From positions 1 to 64,000 of the IMG/VR virus record IMGVR_UViG_3300032235_000653: a DNA stretch of 64,000 nucleotides. One strand, written 5' to 3'. A model generated the notes under the pieces. That model saw only the letters and a program-made list of their open reading frames with translations, searched no databases and was not told the DNA's origin. Made by a program: the position numbers and the translations under genes. Shown here in pieces: positions 36,672 to 44,704 of this stretch. Each line of letters starts with the position of its first letter. Within the stretch, counting starts at the first letter, position 1. Origin of the DNA: a virus.

Positions 36672-37970
36672 ATGGCTACTACATCAAGCGAAAAGAAAAG
36701 CGAACATAAACTTGCAGGTCAATTGACCGAGAATACAGACCCTCGCCTAGACGCCACAGTGCGTGAAAAACTTGTTACAGCCCGAATCGGTCTCCTTCTT
36801 CGTGCGCCCTTTTTCGGCAATCTTGCTACTCGCCTAAAATTGGTTAATGCAGATAGTTGGCTGGGCACTGCGGCCACCGATGGTCGTAACTTTTATTACA
36901 ATACTGAATTTGTAAACAAACTCAAACCCAAGGAAGTCGAGTTCCTTTTTGGACACGAAGTCCTACATAACGTATATGACCATATCGGCCGTACTGGCGA
37001 TTTCCGTGACCGTCGCCTGTTTAACTGCGCCGCAGATTTTTGCGTAAACAGTGACCTTATCGAACAAAAGATTGGTGATAAGATTACTCCTTGCCTGTAC
37101 GATCCAAAATACAAAGGTTGGAGTGCTGAAGAAGTCTACGACGACCTTTACGAAAAAGCAGAAAAAATCGACATCAGTGACCTTCTTCAGCAAGTGTTGG
37201 ACGAGCACATGGACGGAGACGAACAGTCCGACGGAGACGGTGAAGGCGAAGACGGCGATAAAAAAGGCAAAGGTCGTCCTCGCTTGAGCGAAGAAGAAAA
37301 GCGTCAGATCAAAGACGAAATTCGTGAAGCACTGTTGCAGGCTGCTCAGGCTGTGGGCACAGGAAACTTGCCAGGTGGTGTTAAGCGTCTTATTAAAGAT
37401 CTCACTAAACCCGTGGTGAACTGGCGTGAACTGTTGCAACAACAAATTCAAAGCACTGTAAAAGATGACTTTAGCTGGATGCGTCCTAACCGTCGTGGCT
37501 GGCACATGGATGCTGTCATGCCAGGCATGAAGCCAGGTACTCAAATTGATGTCTGTGTTGCCATTGACACTTCGGGTTCTATCAGCGAAAAAGACCTTAA
37601 AGACTTCTTGAGTGAAGTTAAAGGTATCATGGAGTCCTACGACGAGTATAAGATTCGTGTTATTACATGGGATACTTCAGTATATAACCCTGAAGAATTT
37701 ACCAGTGACAATATGTCAGATATTACCAGCTATACTCCCGGTGGCGGTGGTGGTACTGATCCACATTGTGTTTGGGAATGGCTCAAAGACAACGACATCG
37801 AGCCTAAGAAGTTGATTATGTTTACTGACTTCTGCTTCTTCGGCTGGGATCCTGCTAGTGTTCAAGACTACTGTGACACTGTTTGGGTTATCAAAGGCAA
37901 CAGAGATGCAGAACCTGAGTTTGGTGTTTGGGCTCATTACGAAGAGGCAAAAAAACATGCTCATGCATAA
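36672..37970 (+). CDS. Metallopeptidase-like (HEXXH) plus VWA domain protein (DUF2201-like), MoxR partner
   Basis: TAATDG, HEVLH, MIDAS DTSGS, GGGGTD and FTD. Confidence 0.88.
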   Translation: MATTSSEKKSEHKLAGQLTENTDPRLDATVREKLVTARIGLLLRAPFFGNLATRLKLVNADSWLGTAATDGRNFYYNTEFVNKLKPKEVEFLFGHEVLHNVYDHIGRTGDFRDRRLFNCAADFCVNSDLIEQKIGDKITPCLYDPKYKGWSAEEVYDDLYEKAEKIDISDLLQQVLDEHMDGDEQSDGDGEGEDGDKKGKGRPRLSEEEKRQIKDEIREALLQAAQAVGTGNLPGGVKRLIKDLTKPVVNWRELLQQQIQSTVKDDFSWMRPNRRGWHMDAVMPGMKPGTQIDVCVAIDTSGSISEKDLKDFLSEVKGIMESYDEYKIRVITWDTSVYNPEEFTSDNMSDITSYTPGGGGGTDPHCVWEWLKDNDIEPKKLIMFTDFCFFGWDPASVQDYCDTVWVIKGNRDAEPEFGVWAHYEEAKKHAHA

Positions 37971-38247
37971 AGATGTTACTACTGTCCACAAAGATATTGT
38001 TGAAAACATTTTAGATAAACTGGCAGATGATCTAGGAAAAGAAATTGACTTCAACATTATGGCAGAAGAGTTGTCCAGGTGCGGTTGGTCTAATGTAGAT
38101 CTTCCGCCATTTGATAATCGATACAATCTCAATGACATCTTAGATTGGGCATATCATCATTGTCAGGGCGGATTTGAAACTTGTGGTGTGCGTTATATTT
38201 TTGAAGATCAAAAGGATGCTACAATGTTTGCGTTAAAATGGTTGTGA
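37957..38247 (+). CDS. Hypothetical protein (F-x-L-K-W family)
   Basis: ILDWAYHHC...FEDQKDATMFALKWL. Confidence 0.6.
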   Translation: MLMHKDVTTVHKDIVENILDKLADDLGKEIDFNIMAEELSRCGWSNVDLPPFDNRYNLNDILDWAYHHCQGGFETCGVRYIFEDQKDATMFALKWL

Positions 38248-38292
38248 CATCTTACGTAAGACTTAAATATTTTTAGCTCATCAAAGGTATAT

Positions 38293-38589
38293 ATGAGTCA
38301 CGAACAAGACAAACTTAAGAACAGTAAACGCAGATTTGAAGATGAGAATGCCGTAAAGAAACAGACTAAGATTGCTAAAGAGCACGGTGCTCCTGTAAAA
38401 GAACCGCATCGGTTGCATAAAAAACATGCCATGGATTGTGGAAATCCAGAATGCTATCTCTGCGGCAATCCCAGAAAAACACATAAAGATAAGTTAACTA
38501 TTCAAGAAAAAAGATTCTATCAGGACACAGATAAAGTCACTGACAGGCATAGTAACGGAATTTCTTCAAATGAAACGAATGAAAATTGA
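38293..38589 (+). CDS. Basic hypothetical protein with C-x4-C-x2-C motif
   Basis: HAMDCGNPECYLCGNPRK; TAAATA at 38264-38269. Confidence 0.6.
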   Translation: MSHEQDKLKNSKRRFEDENAVKKQTKIAKEHGAPVKEPHRLHKKHAMDCGNPECYLCGNPRKTHKDKLTIQEKRFYQDTDKVTDRHSNGISSNETNEN

Positions 38590-38749
38590 TCTTCGAGACG
38601 TGATGGACGAAGATGAGTTTTACAGTAAAAATCATCGTGAAACAGACGACGACTTTTATAAGAAGTCAGATAAAAATTTAAACAATAAGAAATCGACTAA
38701 AAATCGACATGCTCAATATCGAGACGAAGACGACAAAGAGTTTCTATAA
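38579..38749 (+). CDS. Small charged hypothetical protein (56 aa, not in ORF track)
   Basis: MKIDLRDVMDEDEFY...DEDDKEFL fills the gap between its neighbours. Confidence 0.45.
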   Translation: MKIDLRDVMDEDEFYSKNHRETDDDFYKKSDKNLNNKKSTKNRHAQYRDEDDKEFL

Positions 38750-38769
38750 AATAACTTAGTGAGTAAACT

Positions 38770-38997
38770 ATGAGCAAAAGAGTTGGACCTATTACCCTTG
38801 ACAGTGACGCTGCGGATCGTATTACTTTGTTGAACTTAAAAGAGTATCGCGGCTTTCTTAAAAAAGAACTTAGAGATTGGAGGAAAAATCCTCTAACAGA
38901 TGATAATCCCATGGGACGTTGGTTGCACCCCGAAGATGTCGCACTTAACATCCGTGTAATTGACGCACTAACTACAGTTATTAAGCAATTCGAATGA
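38770..38997 (+). CDS. Hypothetical protein
   Basis: 75 aa ORF. Confidence 0.6.
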   Translation: MSKRVGPITLDSDAADRITLLNLKEYRGFLKKELRDWRKNPLTDDNPMGRWLHPEDVALNIRVIDALTTVIKQFE

Positions 38998-39461
38998 AGA
39001 AAATCTTTTACGAAAAGCAGGGTCGAAAATACGTTCCTGTATACGAGTATGATCAAAATCTACTAGATGCCTTTCCCAAGGGCACACACATTGTTATGTG
39101 TTATCCAGGTGGGCAAAGTCGCAGATACAACATCGACCCCAACTATGCTGCATTAATTGCTGCCGGGCGTGTGGCAGAAGAGGCCATGACGAAAGCTATT
39201 CGCGAAGCCAGTGAGATGCGGCCCCAACGAGCAATGCTGACTGAAGGTCAGCACAAGGCATGGAAAAAATTGGCAAAAGAATTTGGGGACGATTTGGCCA
39301 CACTGAGCATTAAAAGCGCACATGATATTGCCGAAGCTGGATTGGCTGCTCTCAATGAAGAAGCCGATAAACTGATGAAAAACGCAAGTGTGCGCGAAGC
39401 TTATAATCAGTTCATTATGATGTGTGAACTTTGTAAAGAACACGATGCTGAAGTACGGTGA
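38994..39461 (+). CDS. Hypothetical phage protein
   Basis: 155 aa; coupled start. Confidence 0.65.
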   Translation: MKKIFYEKQGRKYVPVYEYDQNLLDAFPKGTHIVMCYPGGQSRRYNIDPNYAALIAAGRVAEEAMTKAIREASEMRPQRAMLTEGQHKAWKKLAKEFGDDLATLSIKSAHDIAEAGLAALNEEADKLMKNASVREAYNQFIMMCELCKEHDAEVR

Positions 39462-39717
39462 AATTAATCCTTTGAATGTGTTCGGACTCCGACGGATGGA
39501 CCATTGTCCCCCACATTTCGAAAAAGTACATTTCGATTTACGCACCAGTGAAAAACATATCACTGATTGGATTTATGAGCACCTAATTGGAAGATTTTGG
39601 TTTGGTGATTTTTACGACGATAAAAATACTTTGTGTAAATGTGCTGCTTTTGAAACCAAAAGCGAAGCCAGTTATTTTATGCTGATGATAGACTCTTTTA
39701 ATGTTTATCAACAATAA
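39445..39717 (+). CDS. Hypothetical protein (distant F-x-L-K-W family)
   Basis: ITDWIYEHL.GRF...FETKSEASYFML. Confidence 0.6.
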   Translation: MLKYGEINPLNVFGLRRMDHCPPHFEKVHFDLRTSEKHITDWIYEHLIGRFWFGDFYDDKNTLCKCAAFETKSEASYFMLMIDSFNVYQQ

Positions 39718-39746
39718 ACATATTCATACTTAGATCTAAAAATTTT

Positions 39747-39788
39747 CTCCGGTGATGTAACAGGTTAAATAACTTTATATCACCGGAG
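39747..39788 (+). promoter_or_regulatory. SD-sequestering hairpin with a late promoter in its loop
   Basis: CTCCGGTGATGTAA / TTATATCACCGGAG 14-bp stem; TAAATA at 39766-71; GGAG SD in the 3' arm. Confidence 0.75.
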
Positions 39789-39793
39789 TAATA

Positions 39794-40000
39794 ATGACCA
39801 CTGAATCTAAACAAGTTCAAGTTCCTTCTAAAGAACTTCTTACAATCTTATCTAGTATGCAATTGGCCAGCAGCCGTGGTGCATTCAGGCCTGAAGAATT
39901 TACAGAAATCGGATCTGCATATCAGGCATTATATGCTTTTTTAGTTGATCTGAATGTTATCGCGCCAGCGCCAGCCGCTACAGAAACACCCAATCAATAA
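39794..40000 (+). CDS. Small late hypothetical protein
   Basis: ASSRGAFRPEE motif; lies under the hairpin and late promoter. Confidence 0.65.
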   Translation: MTTESKQVQVPSKELLTILSSMQLASSRGAFRPEEFTEIGSAYQALYAFLVDLNVIAPAPAATETPNQ

Positions 40001-40009
40001 GGATTTATT

Positions 40010-40696
40010 ATGATTAAACATGTAGGCAAACACAGTAACAAAAAATGTGTTATTTTATTTAAAACAGTACCAGGAGAAGAGCATATGTGTTTGGTCATAT
40101 ACCCTGATACATTACCCCGCCACATTCATGACGATGTAATGACTGCTCTAGAAAGCGAATCCGGGCAGCAAGCCAAAGAGTTCAGTGATTATCTATTTAG
40201 ATATACACTAAAAGATGGCAACAATGCATTAGAAACTTTACACAAAGAAGGCATGATTAAAAAAGTGCCAACTAATCAGGTTATTGTTACACCTAATGCC
40301 AAAAGCACTGTACGTTTAGATGAACTTAATTCAATTTTATCAAAGTTGGCGCAAGGAGAAGATGCAGTTAAGGCATTAGCTGAATTAGACAAAAACTCAG
40401 GCATGGTAAACCAACGTCGAGTTCGCGAAGGATTGGAACCTGGCGAAGTGCGGGCACCGCGTGAATCTCGCAGTACTCCTGCTCAGATTACAAACAACAT
40501 AAGTATTAATGATGTGCTGTCAGACGAAGACCTTGCCACACAACGTCTAGCCCAAGCACAGAAGCTGCAATCGGACGCCAAAGCATTGTTAGCAGAAGCA
40601 GCTCGTTTGCAAGAAGAAGCATTAAAACTTAACGGTCCCGCAGCAAAAAATGGCACAACAAAATCCAAAAAAACAGTCAAAGCCAAAGAAGCTTAA
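40010..40696 (+). CDS. Hypothetical phage protein with C-terminal coiled coil
   Basis: 228 aa; AAGGA SD. Confidence 0.7.
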   Translation: MIKHVGKHSNKKCVILFKTVPGEEHMCLVIYPDTLPRHIHDDVMTALESESGQQAKEFSDYLFRYTLKDGNNALETLHKEGMIKKVPTNQVIVTPNAKSTVRLDELNSILSKLAQGEDAVKALAELDKNSGMVNQRRVREGLEPGEVRAPRESRSTPAQITNNISINDVLSDEDLATQRLAQAQKLQSDAKALLAEAARLQEEALKLNGPAAKNGTTKSKKTVKAKEA

Positions 40697-40988
40697 TTTA
40701 AATTCAAAATCTATTTGGAAAAACATTCTTAAAGAAGTTGAAAAGAGGGAAGTACCTATACATGTTTTAGAAAAACTTATGGTACATCTTAAAGACGGTA
40801 CTATGGTCACAGTTGATATTAAAAAACTGTTGGCCGAAGGTGCAGATCCCGACGAAATAGAACAACATGTTTCTAGTAGACTCGATGAATTAGATTTATA
40901 TATAGACAACGTAGATTTTTTTGTAGACATCGATTTAGTAGAAAAAACAGTACAACCAGAAACAGACAGGCTATTATCTAAACTATGA
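40650..40988 (+). CDS. Hypothetical protein
   Basis: 112 aa ORF overlapping its neighbours. Confidence 0.6.
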   Translation: MAQQNPKKQSKPKKLNLNSKSIWKNILKEVEKREVPIHVLEKLMVHLKDGTMVTVDIKKLLAEGADPDEIEQHVSSRLDELDLYIDNVDFFVDIDLVEKTVQPETDRLLSKL

Positions 40989-41488
40989 TCAAGGCAATTT
41001 TTGCTGTAGATCACTGGGGAGGAATGGGGTTTAACGGTTCATTGCCGTGGCCTCATCATCCCGAAGATTTACAATATTTCAAAGAACAAACCATGGGAGA
41101 CATTGTCGTCATGGGAAGAAAAACATGGGATGATCCCAAAATGCCAAAACCGTTGCCTGGACGTATAAATTACGTAGCAACAAATAAACCCATTTTTGGT
41201 TATGGCATTACTACTATCCGCGGAGATCTGCAGGAAAATATTCGTAAAATTCAAAATGTATATCCAAAAAAAACAATTTGGATTATCGGCGGGCCTGACA
41301 TTTTGATGGAAACTCGAGATTTAGTAGATCAAGTTCATATTACTCATTTCAAAGGTCAGTTCAGAACTGACCGGCAAATTGACTTAAAAAAATATTTAAG
41401 TTTATTCAGAGCTACCAGTGCTGCAACTAGTTTAGACAAAAAATGTTCCTGGATGACTTATAAAAATATTGACATATTCCGTCAATAA
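40985..41488 (+). CDS. folA: Dihydrofolate reductase
   Basis: GMGFNGSLPW, DLQYFKEQT, VMGRKTW, PLPGR and IIGG. Confidence 0.93.
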   Translation: MIKAIFAVDHWGGMGFNGSLPWPHHPEDLQYFKEQTMGDIVVMGRKTWDDPKMPKPLPGRINYVATNKPIFGYGITTIRGDLQENIRKIQNVYPKKTIWIIGGPDILMETRDLVDQVHITHFKGQFRTDRQIDLKKYLSLFRATSAATSLDKKCSWMTYKNIDIFRQ

Positions 41489-41497
41489 AATTATACT
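41469..41497 (+). promoter_or_regulatory. Sigma70 promoter
   Basis: TTGACA-N17-TATACT; the thyA ATG lies 6 nt after the -10. Confidence 0.7.
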
Positions 41498-41503
41498 TGA
41501 TGC

Positions 41504-42409
41504 ATGGAACAACAATACTTAGATGCATTAAAATATGTGCTAGAAAATGGCACTAACAAATCCGATCGCACTGGCACTGGCACCATTAGCGTGTTTGGTA
41601 TGCAACAACGCTACAACTTACAACACGGATTCCCTGCCGTAACAACTAAGAAGCTCGCATGGAAATCTGTTGTGTCCGAATTGCTGTGGTTCATTGAAGG
41701 TTCGGGGGACGAAAAGCGGTTACGCGAGATATTACATGGTAGCACCGAGTCTAGCAAGACAACCATCTGGTCTGCCAATGCCACAGCACCTTATTGGACT
41801 AATAGATATAAAAAATTCCCCCCACGTGGTCCACAATTTGAAGGCGACCTCGGTCGTGTATATGGTGTACAGTGGCGACATTGGCGCACCAGTGAGAAAA
41901 AATTAAATGATAATAACAACGATATTGTCAATGTTGAAGTAGATCAACTCTTAGAATTAATTAAGGGAATAAAAGCAGACCCTCACGGACGAAGACATAT
42001 ATTATCTGCATGGAATCCAGGTGAATTACAAGACATGGCCCTGCCACCGTGCCACTGCTTTGCTCAATTTTATGTAGCAGATGGTAAACTAAGTTGCCAG
42101 ATGTATCAAAGAAGTTGTGACATGTTTTTAGGTGTTCCCTTTAACATCGCGAGCTACAGTTTGTTAACACACCTAGTGGCTCAAGTGTGCAATTTGGATG
42201 TTGGAGAGTTCGTTCACGTGCTGGGAGATGCACACATATATCTAAATCATGTAGAGCAGGTAAAAGAACAATTATCACGTGAACCATTGCCTGCCCCACA
42301 ATTGTGGTTAAACCCAGACATCAATGATATCGATAAATTTACCATGGCCGATATTCAATTAGACAACTATCAAAGTCATGGTACTATCAAAGCAGACATG
42401 GCTGTATGA
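41504..42409 (+). CDS. thyA: Thymidylate synthase
   Basis: DRTGTGT, ELLWF, YGVQWR, MALPPCH, YQRSCDMFLGVPFNIASY and HIYLNH. Confidence 0.97.
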   Translation: MEQQYLDALKYVLENGTNKSDRTGTGTISVFGMQQRYNLQHGFPAVTTKKLAWKSVVSELLWFIEGSGDEKRLREILHGSTESSKTTIWSANATAPYWTNRYKKFPPRGPQFEGDLGRVYGVQWRHWRTSEKKLNDNNNDIVNVEVDQLLELIKGIKADPHGRRHILSAWNPGELQDMALPPCHCFAQFYVADGKLSCQMYQRSCDMFLGVPFNIASYSLLTHLVAQVCNLDVGEFVHVLGDAHIYLNHVEQVKEQLSREPLPAPQLWLNPDINDIDKFTMADIQLDNYQSHGTIKADMAV

Positions 42410-42648
42410 AAGTAAAAGTACACGAGTTTACTATGAGTGATGTAGACGACTTTGCAATTTACGTCGCTGAACCTTTATATAATTGGGAAAAGAGCGAGCA
42501 AGGCCAGTGGGTTATGAATAATGCTGTCGGAGCACCTTCATGGCATTCGGGCTGGGATGCCAATACTTTTCAAAATAAGGTAACCATTATAGCAGACTTG
42601 CAAGAAAAAGATCTAACATATTTTACATTGAAATGGGGCATTAGATGA
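42406..42648 (+). CDS. Hypothetical protein (F-x-L-K-W family)
   Basis: GQWVMNN...EKDLTYFTLKWG. Confidence 0.6.
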   Translation: MKVKVHEFTMSDVDDFAIYVAEPLYNWEKSEQGQWVMNNAVGAPSWHSGWDANTFQNKVTIIADLQEKDLTYFTLKWGIR

Positions 42649-43613
42649 GATTCATAGTAACAGGCGGTGTAGGATTTATCGGACATAATGTAGTAAGACA
42701 GTTAGAACAGTTAGGTCATGAATGTTTTATAATCGACTGCGTCACTGATTATGGTTTTGTATCAAAAGACGAATTAGCTTATTTGGTTAAAGCTCGTAAA
42801 AATAGAATTCGTAGTTCCGTACATCATATCGATATTAGAGATCATTCTAACTTAGAAACATTTTTTAAAACTTTTGGACATACCTGCGATGCTGTCATTC
42901 ATTTAGCAAGTTTTCCTAGACAAAAAGTAGTCAATCAAAACCCAATTTGGGGCAGTGAAGTAATGAGTACTTCTTTGGTAAAACTATTAGAACTAACAAA
43001 AATTAGCCGAATCCCCAAATTTGTTTATATCAGCAGCAGTATGGTGTATGGAGACTTCACTGATCAAGTAACAGAGGACTTCAACTGTAAACCCCAAGGG
43101 CAGTACGGTATTATGAAATTAATGGGCGAATGGTTAGTTAAAGATTATTCGCGAAGAAAATGTTTTGATCATGTTATTATTCGACCCAGTGCTGTATACG
43201 GCGAGTATGATGTCGAGGATCGTGTGGTGTCTAAATTTATGTTATCCGCAATGAGAGGACAAACACTTAAAGTCAATGGCGCTGGCGAAACATTAGATTT
43301 TACATATGTCGAAGATGCCGCAATGGGTATAGTACAGGCTGCATCGAGTAGTAATGCTATTAATAAGACATACAATATCACAAAAAGTCATAGTCATAGT
43401 CTACTAGATGCTGCAAATTTAGCAGTAAAAATTGCAGGCCGCGGGTCGATCGAATGTAAAGACAAAGATGCCGACTTTCCCTCAAGGGGTGCATTAAACA
43501 TAGATGCAGCTCGCAATGATTTTGGCTTTGATCCCAAAGTAGATGTCGAAGAAGGATTTCGTCGATATCATAATTGGTTTTCTGAAAGTAAATTTTGGAA
43601 GTCAAAACTATAA
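42645..43613 (+). CDS. NAD-dependent nucleotide-sugar epimerase/dehydratase
   Basis: TGGVGFIG, HLAS, SSSMVYG, YGIMK and DFTYVED. Confidence 0.92.
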   Translation: MRFIVTGGVGFIGHNVVRQLEQLGHECFIIDCVTDYGFVSKDELAYLVKARKNRIRSSVHHIDIRDHSNLETFFKTFGHTCDAVIHLASFPRQKVVNQNPIWGSEVMSTSLVKLLELTKISRIPKFVYISSSMVYGDFTDQVTEDFNCKPQGQYGIMKLMGEWLVKDYSRRKCFDHVIIRPSAVYGEYDVEDRVVSKFMLSAMRGQTLKVNGAGETLDFTYVEDAAMGIVQAASSSNAINKTYNITKSHSHSLLDAANLAVKIAGRGSIECKDKDADFPSRGALNIDAARNDFGFDPKVDVEEGFRRYHNWFSESKFWKSKL

Positions 43614-44704
43614 TTCCATTTTTTGGAGTAAAAAGGCAATACGCCAATTTACGAAAAGAAATACTGGATGTAGTGGACACTGTCTATAGTACAGGTCAAG
43701 TCTTAGACGGACATTACACTAAAGAGTTTGAAAAGCAAATTGCGAAAAGATGTCATCGCCGATATGCTGTTGCAGTTAATAGTTGCAGTCAAGGTTTGCT
43801 GTTTGCTCAACAAGTTTTGTTCTTAGAGAATACAAAAATTCTCATTCCCACTATTAGCTTTGTTTCTACTATTAACAGTGTATTGCTAAATGGCAATGAA
43901 CCAGTGTTGTGTGACACGGATGATCAAGCGTTAATAAATTTAGAAAGCTTAGACTACGCTATTAAAGGGGCAGGGGTACAAGGTATTATGTATGTTAACC
44001 TGTTTGGCAATACAGTTGACTGGGACCGGTTTAAGATGACCACAGAATTCTTTAATCAAGATTTGAAAATCATCGAAGATGCGGCGCAGAGTTTTGGCGC
44101 TAGCTATAAAGGAATGCCCAGCGGAGCATTAGGTGATATCAGTGTATTAAGTTTTGACCCTACAAAAAATTTACCCAATTACGGTAGTGGCGGTATGATA
44201 CTGACAGATGATTTAGAAATAGCCGCTTCTCTGAGAGATCTACGAGATAATGGCAAAACCAGAGGACACGAAAACCCGGGCACTAACAGTAAAATGAGCG
44301 AAGCAGACTGTGCTCAGATGTTAGTTAAGCTTGAATATTTTAATGCCTGGCAATCTCGTCGAACACAAATTGCAGAATATTATAACGCCGAACTAAACGA
44401 TTGCGTTGACACACCTAAGACCACAGAAGGCACTGTTCATGCTTGGCACAAGTATGTAATTAAGCTGAATGATCGAAACGGATTAAAACATCATTTAGCA
44501 ATTAAAGGAGTAGAAACTAAAGTACACTACGAAGCTCCGCTATACGAGCATCCAGTGGGATATCCTTACATTAACTATGCGTCAGAACTATATAGAGAAG
44601 CCAGCGCATTTTGCCAAGAGTGTTTAAGTTTGCCTATCTATCCTGAATTAACAGATTCTGAAGTTGAATCTATTGTAGAATCTGTTAAAGAATTTAATTC
44701 TTAA
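43595..44704 (+). CDS. DegT/DnrJ/EryC1/StrS sugar aminotransferase
   Basis: IIEDAAQSFGA, SFDPTKNL..YGSGG and LSLPIYPEL; start uncertain. Confidence 0.92.
   Translation: MEVKTIIPFFGVKRQYANLRKEILDVVDTVYSTGQVLDGHYTKEFEKQIAKRCHRRYAVAVNSCSQGLLFAQQVLFLENTKILIPTISFVSTINSVLLNGNEPVLCDTDDQALINLESLDYAIKGAGVQGIMYVNLFGNTVDWDRFKMTTEFFNQDLKIIEDAAQSFGASYKGMPSGALGDISVLSFDPTKNLPNYGSGGMILTDDLEIAASLRDLRDNGKTRGHENPGTNSKMSEADCAQMLVKLEYFNAWQSRRTQIAEYYNAELNDCVDTPKTTEGTVHAWHKYVIKLNDRNGLKHHLAIKGVETKVHYEAPLYEHPVGYPYINYASELYREASAFCQECLSLPIYPELTDSEVESIVESVKEFNS

Noticed and set aside
35136-37544. Minus-strand ORFs of 203 and 193 aa opposite MoxR and VWA
   Set aside because: Shadow frames caused by biased codon usage in the well-supported plus-strand genes.
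41504-42409. ThyA homolog as a pyrimidine hydroxymethylase for DNA modification
   Set aside because: It has the canonical dUMP-specific PFNIASY Asn and an adjacent DHFR, consistent with ordinary thymidylate synthase.
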